64,000 bases of DNA from Squalus acanthias (taxonomy: Eukaryota), in NCBI GenBank assembly GCA_030390025.1, contig CM059425.1:53134001-53198000 (forward strand), written 5' to 3'. The notes beneath the pieces are model-generated. The model did not search any database. It was not told the DNA's origin and saw only the letters and a list, made by a program, of their open reading frames with translations. This document shows, one piece after another, positions 39,423-51,035 of this stretch. Position 1 is the stretch's first letter. Each line of letters starts with the position of its first letter. A program made the position numbers and the translations under genes.

Positions 39423-40022
39423 ACCTATTTATAGCCTTGTACTTCTTGCATACCATCTTGCTTTCTATTCTCAGCTTTAAAAAGGTATGGGATAAAAATG
39501 AAATACATAGATAAAGGAAGATATATATATATATGAAATAAAAATCCCAGAATACCAAAAAATAAAAGCAGAATTTGATTTTAGTCACTGTGTGTTAGAT
39601 ACATAACACCGCTCTTGTTATTAAACAGTGCATTGTCTGACTCATCGTGAGCAACACCGTGAGCGATCTTTTAGCATTTAAAAAAAAAAGGAACTATATA
39701 ACAAAGAATAAAAGATGTCTGGAAGGCCGTAATTCAATCTCTTTTCTGCTCAGGTTTATAAACCTTTCAAATTCTGCTCTTGTGGTTTATGACATCCTCA
39801 TAACTGCTCAGTTGAATTACTACCAACCATCTGTTATACTAGCGATGTTCTGTTTCAGTTTTGTTTAAACAACTTTGATTTCCCGCAGTGTTGCTCATGG
39901 GTAGATTGAGGTCACTGTTTTATGTATGTTACCTGAGCTGATGTTGCCATTTTGTTTCTCATCAAATTGCAGTTGTCTCTTGAGAACTTTGTTTATGTCT
40001 GGGCAAGGTTAGACATTGGGAG

Positions 40023-40410
40023 TTTTTTATATTAATTCTCGGGATATGGGCGTTGCTGACAGGGCCGGCAACCCTAGTTGCCCTGAGAAGGTGGTAGACC
40101 CTCTTCTTGAAGTGCTGCCTGTAGGTTTGATACAACTGTGTGGCTTGCTTAAGGGGGCAGCTGTGGTACTGGTGTCACATATAAGTCATGGGCAAGGATG
40201 TCAGTTTCTTTCCCTAAAGGACATTAGTGAACCAATTGGGTTTTAAAACCATCCTCATGACCACTTTTACTGGTACCAGTTTTATATTTCCAGATTTTTT
40301 AAACTGAAGTCAAATTGTTAAGCTGCCATGGTGGGATTTAAACTCTCATTCTCTGGATTATTGGGCCAAGCCTCTGGATAACTAGTCCAGTAACATAACT
40401 ATTACACAAT
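40023..40410 (-). mobile_element. tRNA-headed SINE sharing its 3' tail with the 26.5-kb LINE family
   Basis: Minus-strand head TTACTGGACTAGTTATCCAGAG..TTTAAATCCCACCATGGCAG; tail TTGCCCTGAGAAGGTGGT on + matches the LINE tail. Confidence 0.6.
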
Positions 40411-40589
40411 TATACCCAATTCCTTATACTTGAGGATTGACTTTAGGCTGAAGTCCAACTGGTTTCTGGATGGTGAACGTGAGGTCAGGGAAGACTACAT
40501 CACTGAGGCCTGTGTATCTGTCCTGGAGGAACCAAGTATGTAGGTTCAATGCAAAAGTTTTGGGGTACACCTGGGAGAGTTGCTTTATT

Positions 40590-40830
40590 ATCCTCCTGTT
40601 TCTATGTATCTTTTTTGTGTTTCTCTCTCACTATCTTAATAGTTCCATTTTCTCTTTTTCTGTTTCTATCTTACTATCTTCCTGTGTCTGTATTACTTCT
40701 CTTTCTCTGTTGATCTATTCCTCTGTCTTCTTTACACTATCTTTATCTTTGTGTATCTCTCTCTCTCTCTCTTACTCCCTAGTTTCTCTGATACTTTTCC
40801 TCTTTCTCTCTGTTTATTTTGTTACTTTCT
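40590..40830. repeat. Low-complexity CT-rich tract
   Basis: Degenerate (CT)n/TCTT sequence. Confidence 0.7.
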
Positions 40831-41135
40831 TGCGGCAAAGAGTGCTTTCTCTGGGAAAGAAAAGAAATTGAGGTTGAAGAGCAGAGTTGTGAAGAAGTAG
40901 AAGTGGTCACGGGTATACAGAGGAGTTTGGAATAGGAAAAACAGTTGGTGAGTAGGGGCTGAGGCTGAAAGAGGGTTGGGAATTTGAAAATAATTGCTGA
41001 GTCTGAAGAGGCGGAAGGGTGGGGCCAGGAAGAGGCGGAAGGGTGATGGTGAAAATGTTCAGAGTGGAGTGGAGAAGAATTTGAAGAGCAAAAGAGGTAA
41101 ATGTAAAAAATATAGTGAGGCTACGGAATGGGTTG

Positions 41136-41249
41136 CATAGGAACAGGAGTAGGTCATTCAGCCCCTTGAGCCTGCTCCACCATTCAATTAGATCATGGCT
41201 GATCTGTACCTCCACTCCATTTACCCGCTGTAGCTCCATATCCCTTGAT
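41136..41249 (-). mobile_element. Short CR1 3' tail
   Basis: CATAGGAACAGGAGTAGGTCATTCAGCCCC..GATCATGGCTGATC. Confidence 0.8.
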
Positions 41250-41502
41250 GGGGGGTGGGGGAAGAGGTGGGGCCCAGAATACTCTGGGCAGGGGTGGGAA
41301 GGCTCAAGAGCAGGGCCAAAGAGTTGGAGCGAGGGTGGCAAGGCTGGGAATGAGTGCAATTTTTTTCCGAACACATTGAACAGTAAAGTGTGAAGGAGAA
41401 CCAGCAGCAAGGCCTAAATCAGCTCAGAGTTAAAATAAGTGGAATGGGTGGCTATGAGAAGCAACAAGATGACGCGGGAGGACTTGGAGGTGACGCGAGG
41501 CT

Positions 41503-42365
41503 ATAGAATCATAGAAGATAGGAGCAGGAGTAGGCCATTCGGCCCCTCTAGCCTGCTCCGCCATTCAATGCGATCATGGCTGATTATCCAAATTCAGTAC
41601 CCTGTCCCTGCTTTCTCCCCATATCCCTTGATCCCTTTAGCCTTAAGAAATATATCCAACTCCTTCTTGAATCTATTTAATGAATTGGCCTTTACAGCCT
41701 TCTGTGGCAGAGAATTCCACAGGTTCACCACTCTCTGGGTGAAGAAATTCCTCCTCATTTCTGTCCTAAATGGCTTACCCCTTATCCTTAGACTGTAACC
41801 CCTGGTTCTGGACTCCCCGACTATCGGGAACATCCTTCCTGCATCTAGTTTGTCCTGTCCTGTCCTGTCAGAATTTTATAAGTTTCAATGAGATCCCCTC
41901 TCATTCTTCTAAACTCCAGCGAGTATAAGCCCAATCGACCCAATCTCTCTTCATACGTCATTCCTGCCATCCCAGGTATCAGCCTTGTGAATCTTCACTG
42001 AACTCCTTCCATGGCAAGAACATCCTTCCTCAGATAAGGCGACCAAAACTGCACACAGTACTCAAGGTGTGGTCTCACCAAGGCCCTGTACAACTGCAGC
42101 AAGACATCCTTGTTCCTGTACTCAAACCCTCTTGCTATGAAGGCCAACATACCATTTGCCTTCTTAACCGCCTGCTGCACCTGCATGCTTACCTTCAGCG
42201 ACTGGTGCACAAGGACACCCAGGTCTTGTTGCACTTCCCCTTCTCCCAATCTATTGCCAATCAGATAATAATCTGCCTTTCTGTTTTTGACACCAAAGTG
42301 GATAACCTCGCATTTATCCACGTTATATTGCATCTGCCACGCTTCTGCCCAATCACCCAACCTGT
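41503..42365 (-). mobile_element. CR1 LINE 3' fragment (same subfamily as 48933-51035 and 53291-53990)
   Basis: WQMQYNVDKCEVIHFG..ALVRPHLEYCVQFWSP; near-identical to 48950-49800. Confidence 0.93.
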
Positions 42366-42908
42366 GAAGAAAAGCAGGTGGCTGGCATTGAAAAACAGCT
42401 AGCGAGTGATTGAGAAACGAGAGTAGCAGGTGGCCATGAGAAACGGCAAATGGAAAGTATGGAGCAACTTGGAGAGCTGGGAGTGGAGTGGGTGATCCCA
42501 GTGTGGGGGAAGGGTGGTGGGCAAAGTCTGAGTGAAATAGGAAGCCTGGAGGGATTGGAGCACAGTAGTAAGATTGACAAAATAACTCCAGAAGTTGCAG
42601 AAGAGCCAGATTGAACAGGAGCGGAAGGTGTTAGAAGAGAGAAAAATTGAAAATGTAAAAAATTTTAAAGTTGAAAAATATTGAGAAATAATATAAAAAG
42701 TGAAGACATTATTTACCTGGAAGCAGAAAACGAGATAGCGACAGCTGGGAGAGCTTTCAAATTTGATTCACAGTCACCTGGTGGTCAAAGGCGGCAGTTG
42801 TGACAGCTCAACTTGACATGGGAAAATTGAATGGCAAATGCTGACATAAAAGTTTATAACGGGCAATGTTGACCTAAGAGTATGACCAAAATTCATGACA
42901 ATGGGATC

Positions 42909-44105
42909 AATACAAAGAATTTTTACAATTACATTAGGAAAACGATGGTGGTCAGGAGCAATGTTGGCCCCTTAAAAACTGAAAGCGGTGATATTGTCAA
43001 TGATAAGGAAATGGCGGACATATTGAATAATTACTTTGCGTCAGTATTTACAGTAGAAAAAGAGGATAGCATGCCGGAAATCCCAAGGAAACTAATATTA
43101 AATCGGGGACAGAAACTCAATAAAATTGACGTAAGTAAAATAACAATAATGAAGAAAATAATGGCACTAAAGAGTGACAAATCCCCAGGACCAGATGGTT
43201 TCCATCCCAGGGTTTTAAAGGAAGTAGGTGAGCACATTGCAGATGCCCTAACGATAATCTTCCAAAGTTCTCTCAATTCAGGAACCGTTCTTTTAGATTG
43301 GAAAATTGCGTACGTCACTCCGCTATTTAAGAATGGCGAGAGAGGGAAACCAGGGAATTATAGATCAGTTAGCCTAACATCTGTTGTCAGGAAATTGCTA
43401 GAGTCTATAATTAAGGATAAGGTGACTGAACACCTCAAATTTTCAGTTGATCAGAGAGAGCCAGCATGGATTTGTGAAAGGTAGGTCATGCCTGACAAAC
43501 CTGATTGAATTTTTTGAAGAGGTGACTAAAGTAGTGGACAGGGGAATGTCTATGGATGTTATTTATATGGACTTTCAGAAGGCATTTGATAACGTTTATA
43601 ACGGGCAATGTTGACCTAAGAGTGTGACCAAAAGTCATGACAATGGGATCAATACAAAGAATTTTTACAATTACATTAGGAAAAAGAGGGTAGTCAGGAG
43701 CAAGGTTGGCCCCTTAAAAACTGAAAACGGTGATATTGTCAATGATAAGGAAATGGTGGACAGATAGGGTAGATAGAGAGAAACTATTTCCGCTGATTGG
43801 GGATTCTAGGACTAGGGGTCATAGTCTAAAAATTAGAGCCAGACCTTTCAGGAATGAAATTAGGAAATACTTCTACACACAAAGGGAGGTAGAAGTTTGG
43901 AACTATCTTCCGCAAATGGCAATTAATGTTAGATCAATTGTTAATTTTAAATCGGAGATTGATCGCTTTTTGTTAACCAAAGGTATTAAGGGATATGGGC
44001 CAAAGGCGGGTTTATGGAGTTAGGTCGCAGATTAGCCATGATCTCATTGAATGGCGGAACAGGCTTGAGGGGCTGAATGGCCTATACTCCTGTTCCTATG
44101 TTCCT
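42909..44105 (+). mobile_element. Rearranged CR1 LINE (RT N-part, duplicated junction, 3' end)
   Basis: KSPGPDGFHPRVLKE, NYRSVSLTS, DFQKAFD; then a repeat of 42852-43020; then DRVDREKLFP..TRGHSLKI and the CCTATGTTCCTA tail. Confidence 0.88.
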
Positions 44106-45390
44106 AATAAAGATTTTGGACAGAAAATATGTCCCCGACATAAGATTATTAATAAATTATAAATGTACTGTATATTTGCATTTTCAAAAGTGCATTTTAT
44201 TGTAGTGAATTGGGCACGCTCCGAAAACATTCTGTAATATTCAAGTATTTTAATGAGTTAGTTTTATTTTGCTCAGACTTGGTTCTTGCATCCAGCTTGT
44301 GCCAAAGGAAGTATTGGTCCTGCACCTCCAAGCAATAGAGTGGTGCAAAGCCATTTATCTGCCAGATCCAAACATGATGTAAGTGTCTTTGTACTTTGCT
44401 CTTTTGAAGTTAAATAATATGTGTGCAGAATCAGTGACACATCTGTTTGGGTGAGTGTACTTAAAAATTAACCAAAGCAGAAACCGTTATTCTGCTAATA
44501 TATATATTATTCTGCTGATATAAACTGCAGACTTGATTTTATAAATAATATCTGGCAGTAGGTTTCAGGCAGTACTTCATAAACTGATTGAACTTCGCAT
44601 CTGTTATTTATGACTTCAGATTTCTTCAAAAGTTCAAAATGCAGTTACTTGAAGGTTCACATTTTCAGCATTTTTGAATGTGTTTTAATTCCATTCTTGG
44701 TTTCATATGAAATGTCAGAATAAACAATCTGGTGGCATATCTATTACTGGTTTCCTAAAAAGTCCCTACCTCGTACATAGAAACCAGATATTCAAAATAT
44801 CCAGCCCACATTCTAGATCATTCATCTTTAATCTCGCATTATTCAGAACTTTGTAATTTTTATAAAAATGTCCATCTCACTCGCGTCTTAATTCCATATA
44901 TCCTCTCACAGCAGAAATTGGGAATTTATCCCATTGCACTAACCCATTCTCTCACTGTCTTTCAGCAGACATTGCTTATCATATGAGGATTTTAAAAGGC
45001 TTAATCAGGTTTTAACATTGACCTGGATTTTGCAGTAAAAATAACGGTGAGGCTATCAGCGCTCACCGTTATTAAGGAGTAAATTGGACGGCAACTTCTG
45101 GTGACTGCACATGCGCAGTTAAACACGGAAATCAGGAAGTTGTTGACCGAGTTGCCCTGTTCCTCCAAAAGCTTCACTATAACAGTATCTTGCTGAGAGA
45201 CTCAGCATTCAAATACATGGAAGTGCAAAAAGTTGGGGTACTTATGTGATAGGTACACACTAAGCTCGCCAAAAAAAGTTAGGGCTTTTCATTATTGGAC
45301 ATTTAAAAAAAATTAAATATGATCACCTTCATAATAAGTTGCAACATACTTACCTGGCCAGTACTAATTCATATCTTTTCTCTCCGCCAG

Positions 45391-45830
45391 GGCCTTCACT
45401 CTGGACCTGGTGGACGACAAATCCTCAGCGGAGCCGATTCCTTCTGAGGGTGCACCTTCACAGGACTCGGGCTTACCATGCACCAACTCAGATACTTGCA
45501 CTTCAGTGGGACCAGTTAGACAGAGAGTTGGGTTTTCATCTGGTGACTCACACTTCACAAATGAGCAAGAGCAGATGGTAGAGGCAGGGGCAGCTGTGGA
45601 AAGTCCATGTTGGAGGGTGTAGCCTTCTCCAAGTTCTGCTCAGCTGGACACAGATGCTGTGCCCCGGAGGCTGTCGATGAAAAGGATAGCAGCAGACAAT
45701 GTGCGATGTACTGACAGGCCTTCCAAGCACACTCACCACGATTGCAGAGAGAATAGAGGAGTCCGCCTCAAGCATGAGTGGGATGATGTCGCAGGCTATT
45801 GCGATGATGTCTTCTTGCATAGGGGATGTG
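45391..45830 (+). pseudogene. Probable relic of the Harbinger second (Myb/SANT-type) gene, C-terminal part
   Basis: Splice acceptor TCTTTTCTCTCCGCCAG ending at 45390; Ser/Thr-rich then coiled-coil-like LPSTLTTIAERIEESASSM; convergent with the transposase. The Myb domain itself is not seen. Confidence 0.5.
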
Positions 45831-46404
45831 CAGATTGCCACGTGTGTGCAGTCGATGACGCCCTACACCTGTGGGAAGCCAGCCTGAGACGCAAACCCAA
45901 GCACCCGCTCATTCTGACTGGTGACATCACAGGCAAAGTTCACATAATTGCCGGTCCTGGCAAACAACCCATCATGCATTTGTGAGCCACCGACTGGGAG
46001 ATCCTGGATATGACTCCAGCAGAGCCCTGGAACAATCCAGAGCCAAAAAGTTGAGGGCATTGGTCACTTTGACAGCCACTGGTAATGAATGACCACCAGG
46101 TTCAGCAGGGAGCAGGTCTTCTTCTCGGAGGCTGCAGATGTCTGCCACCACCTGATGCGATAACCTGAGCCTCCTGAAGCACTGCTGTTCGGACATGTCA
46201 AGGGAACTTAGCCTCTGCCTGTACACGCTGTGTTGCAGGTAGTGTCTCCTGCGAGCTGCACCCCTCTGCTCTCTGGTGCTCCCCTCTATGCAGCTCCCCT
46301 CTCTGCTGTCCAGCTGCAGGCCTCTCAACAGCAGGCTGCTGCTGCTGGAGATCATGTTGATCCTCGTCCGAGGTCCAATCTAAGGAAGCCAAGGTGCCAC
46401 CCAT
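45830..46404 (-). pseudogene. Harbinger (HARBI1-like) DDE transposase N-terminal relic
   Basis: [59 protein letters not shown] (contains the first catalytic Asp motif IDCTH); frameshifts and a stop. Confidence 0.85.
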
Positions 46405-47301
46405 GCTGATGTGAATCAGAAAACCCCCAAAGTGTAGAAAGTAAACTCTCAGCAAAAGTACTGTGAACAAACCCTTTCCCACTAGAAGGTAAGAAAGCAG
46501 CTGTGAGTACTGAGTATTTATTGCAGTATTTCCATGAGTTCTAATCAGCCCCCTCAATTGCTGTTGTGTTCTCGCCTTGCTTTCACGTAAGTTTCAGGAA
46601 GCCTGGGAAACCCGTGGATGCGACGTTAAACATAAAACTGTATTGAAATAGTGCTCAAATTGAGCGATTACCATATGTTAATAGGCAACCCGCCTCTCCC
46701 GAGGGGTTTGTGCGCAACCAGCCTAATGCACTCAAGGTTGGAGCCAGCTTCCCGACGTGCTCATTTGTTGCCAGATTTAACCCCCTACCTGCACCCAAAC
46801 CAACGCACTCCTCCAGGTAAAATTCCCCCTTGCGTGTCTCACTACGTATTCTTCAATCTGATTGGTTAAGGAGATACACAGTTGCTTTCCCTGTTCACAT
46901 AGGTCCCAGATCCCCTGTAGAGGACACCGCGCTGTTTTGGATTTCTAATCACTGCAGGCTCCAGTGCAAAAGCCCACAGAAACCTGTGGGCAAGTGCAAG
47001 TGTAATGAATGGTTAGCGTCGTTCGTTCACCGCTGAGAGCAAAATCCCGGCTAATATGTTTGTTTATCTCATCCCTTTCACATACTGGAATTATTCTGTG
47101 TGGAAATCCTCTCTCCGTGCTTTATTTCTACCCAGGTGCTTAAGCTTCAGCCCTGTCTGTTGATTCCGAACCCTCACAATGTTAGCCCCTGATGATGTCA
47201 TGAGCACTTACTGTTCAAAGAAAAATATTGTAAAAATCAATTATTAAAACCAAATTAAAAAAGGGATTTCTCCAATAGCTAATTCAATTTATTCAATGAA
47301 T

Positions 47302-47560
47302 AACTGAGCCATGCAGATCAATTCAGCTCCAGGTTTGAGCACTGATCTATGCTACATTAGCTGGTAGCAGCTGTGGAAGTGATTTAGCACTATAATTAGG
47401 CTGTGTCCCTGGGTTACAGAGGGGAAAACGGACCTTAGTTCCCGTTCTTCCTAGTTATCCTGCGGCCCCTGCTGAAAGCACATGTGTGGATGTTGGGTGA
47501 GGACAGGATTGTGATTTCCTGTGATACCCCTGCCACCCTCCCCCCAATTAGTTTTGTTCG
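47302..47560 (+). mobile_element. AmnSINE2-like SINE
   Basis: ACTGAGCCAT..GAGGGGAAAA..CCCCTGCTGAAAG..TGTGTGGATGTTGGGTGAGGACAGGAT. Confidence 0.65.
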
Positions 47561-47765
47561 CTGGCAACCTATTTTAAGGGGTATGTGTGTAGAATTTTCA
47601 GTCATTCAAAAATGTGAAGGTATTTACATTAACATTTGTCCAATCATAAATAGGTTTAATTTTTTAATTTTTTTGGTATCTTGGCCTAAGTTCTTCCACA
47701 TACCTTGCATATAGAAAACTGCTGTTTCTGACTACATATCAGTTATGCTCACTTTTAAAGGCCAT

Positions 47766-48605
47766 GGGGGAAAAATTCGGTTGCTTTGCGCCTCCTGTTA
47801 GGGGCGCAAAGCAACTAGTGCCCGGGCACGGCAATGTTTGCGCCGCTCGCGAAATTGACCAGACATTTTGCGGCGGCGCTAAACACTACCGCCACAATCT
47901 CCTGCGCCCGCAGATCATGACGTCAGTCGAGCGTGCAACATCCTGGACCGGATATTGAGTGGCGCCCCCTGCTTTTCTGCCTGCCGCTAGCAACGACAGG
48001 TAGAGGGGAACGTTTTGCAGTCGGGAAGGGACTGGGGGAGCGCTATTTAAAGGCGGCCGCTTCCTGCCTTTTTTTGTTGGCAACATTTTTGCACCACGAC
48101 TTCTGGAGAGATTCAACGCTGTGTGAAGGAGTATTGGGTACTGAGCAGCACTTTGCAGGTTCAGTTTGATTTGACCTTCCTTGCATCGATTTAGAAGAGA
48201 CTATGGGGGCTGCACTCTGAGCTCTTTCCCTGGGCCTCTCCATTGTTCTTTCCAGCAGAATTGATGTACAGGTCTCTCCAGGCCAAGATTCAAGGCTGCA
48301 ATGAGCAGGGTGTGGATGGAGAGCAAGATCGACCCTCCCCTTTAAGAACTGGCCGGCGCCAGTGTGTCTGTTTTCCATTGCTAACTGACATCACATGAGC
48401 TTCGCCAGCGCTCTGAGGTAGCGCCTCGCTCCTCAGCGTTAGCGCCTTAAGAGAGGTGTGTAGCGCCTGATTTAGCGCTCCAATCACCTCCAGGGGCGAT
48501 AGAAGCCAAGTTTGCAGTCGGAGGCGATAATTAGCGCCAGGCGCTAAACTTTGCGCCCGGCCGATAATTGCGCCCCAAACGGGGCGATACCGAATTTCTC
48601 CCCCC
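47766..48605 (+). mobile_element. GC-rich non-autonomous Harbinger-type element (family B)
   Basis: TIRs GGGGGAAAAATTCGGT / ACCGAATTTCTCCCCC; subterminal GCGC-rich repeats; ends shared with 55191-55927. Confidence 0.78.
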
Positions 48606-48932
48606 AAATCTTTCAATGAGTGTTTAAACTTAGAATTCTGTATTCACTGTAAAATCCTGCCCATAGTTTTCATCTTCCTATATCTTTTTTTGACCTGCAA
48701 ACTTGGGGATTGTGATTTATATACCGGTTTGAATGATATTTTTCCTTTTGGTATAACACTTGTTTGTGGGACATTTTACACAAGTGACTTGTAACTGAAT
48801 CTTACAGTACACCATGAACTAATTCCTATTAAATCTGAATTCAAGACAAAAAAAAATCATTGTATAACAGAAAATATAGTTACAGTGAAAATATGACATT
48901 TATAGCAAACCCTTTTTTAGGAAATGTTCAAG

Positions 48933-51035
48933 ATAGAAACATAGAAACATAGAAGATAGGAGCAGGAGTAGGCCATTCGGCCCCTCGAGCCTGCTCCGCC
49001 ATTCGATGAGATCATGGCTGATCATCTAAACTCAGTACCCTGTACCTGCCTTCTCCCCATGTCCCTTGATACCTTTAGCTTTAAGAAATATATCTAACTC
49101 ATCCTTGAATATATTTAATGACTTCGCCTCAACTACCTTCTGTGGTAGAGAATTCCACAGGTTCACCACTCTCTGGGTGAAGAAATTCTTCCTCATTTCT
49201 GTCCTAAATGGTTTACCCGTTATCCGTAGATTATGACCCCTGGTTCTGGACTCTCCGACCATCGGGAACATTCTTCCTGCATCTAGTTTGTCCAGACCTG
49301 TCAGAATTTTATATGTTTCGATGAGATCCCCTCTCATTCTTCTATACTCCAGTGAGTATAAGCCCAATCGACCCAATCTCTCCTCATATGTCATTCCTGC
49401 CATCCCAAGTATCAGCCTTGTGAATCTTCGCTGAACTCCTTCCATGGCAAGAACATCCTTTCTCAGATAAGGCGACCAAAACTGCACACAGTACTCAAGG
49501 TGTGGTCTCACCAAGGCCCTGTACAACTGCAGCAGGACATCCCTGTTCCTATACTCAAACCCTTTCGCTATGAAGGCCAACATACCATTTGCCTTCTTCA
49601 CCGCCTGCTGCACCTGCATGCTTACTTTCAGCGACTGGTGCACAAGGACACCCAGGTCTTGTTGCACTTCCCCTTCTCCCAATCTATTGCCATTCAGATA
49701 ATAGTCTGCCTTTCTGTTTTTGACACCAAAGTGGATAACCTCACACTTATCCACGTTATATTGCATCTGCCACGCTTCTGCCCACTCACCCAACCTGTCC
49801 AGATCATCCTGGAGTTTCTCGCTATCCTCCTCGCTGCACACACTCCCACCCAGCTTTGTGTCATCTGCAAACTTGGAGATATTACATTTAATTCCCTTAT
49901 CTAGATCATTAATGTATATTGTGAATAGCTGGGGTCCAAGGACCGATCCCTGCGGTACCCCACTAGTCACTGCTTGCCACTCGGAAAAAGACCCATTAAT
50001 TCCTACTCTCTGCTTTCTGTCCGCCAGCCAGTTCTCTATCCAAGTCAATACCTTGCCCCCAATCCCATGTGCCTTAACTTTACCCGCTAATCTCTTATGC
50101 GGGACCATATCGAAAGCCTTTTGAAAGTCCAAATACACCACATCTACTGGTTCTCCCTTATCTATTTTCCCAGTTACATCCTCAAAAAATTCCAGTAGAT
50201 TAGTCAAGCACGATTTACCTTTTGTAAATCCATGTTGACTTTGTCCGATCCTGTCACTGTTTTTCAAATGCTCAGCTATTACATCCTTTATAATGGACTC
50301 TTAGCATTTTCCCCACTACCGATGTCAGGCTTACCGGTCTGTAATTCCCCGCTTTCTCTCTACCACCCTTTTTGAATAGTGGGGTAACATTAGCTACCCT
50401 CCAATCCATGGGTACAGTTCCAGGTTCCATCGAATGTTGGAAGATGATCAGCAATGCATCTACTATTTCTAGGGCCACTTCCTTAAGTACCCTAGGATGT
50501 AGATTATCAGGCGCTGGGGATTTATCGGCCTTCAATCCCGTCAATTTCCCTAACACCATTTCCCTGCAAATACTGATTTCTTTCAGTTCCTCCCTTTCAT
50601 CAGACCGTATGTTCTCCAACATCTCTGGGAGGTTATTTGTGTCCTCCTTTGTGAAAACAGAACCAAAATATGCATTTAATTGGGCTGCCATTTCTTTGTT
50701 CCCCATTATAACTTCCCCCGCTTCTGACTGCAAGGGACCTACACTTGATTTCACTAATCTTTTTCTCTTCACATATCTATAAAAGCTCTTACAGTCAGTT
50801 TTTATGTTCCCAGCAAGCTTACTTTCATATTCTATTTTCCCCTTCTTAATTAATCCCTTTGTCCTCCTTTGTTGAATCCTAAACTGTTCCCAATCCTCAG
50901 GGCTACCGCTTTTTCTGGCCAATTTATATGCCCTCTCCTTGGATCTTATGCTATCCCTAATTTCCCTTGTTAGCCACGGTTGAGTCACCCTTTTTGTTTT
51001 ATTCTTATGCCACACTGGGATGAACAAATTCTGTA
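48933..51035 (-). mobile_element. Young 5'-truncated CR1 LINE (~2.1 kb); ORF2 RT open except for one frameshift
   Basis: NYRPVSLTS, QHGF, YLDFQKAFD, GVPQGSVLGP, KFADD; ORFs 50272-51063 and 49032-50267 join through one extra base near 50301; (ATAGAAAC)n tail. Confidence 0.96.

Larger units (their letters stand above)
45019..47053 (+). mobile_element. Family A MITE carrying an internal Harbinger-derived fragment
   Basis: TIRs TGACCTGGATTTTGC / GCAAAATCCCGGCTA with AT on both flanks; ends homologous to 17625-18388. Confidence 0.8.

Noticed and set aside
40470-40871. 133-aa hydrophobic ORF as a membrane protein
   Set aside because: Translation of a CT-rich low-complexity tract.
40860-42700. Purine-rich host sequence around the CR1 inserts as a Penelope-like relic
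   Set aside because: Only a vague compositional resemblance; no RT or GIY-YIG motif could be read.
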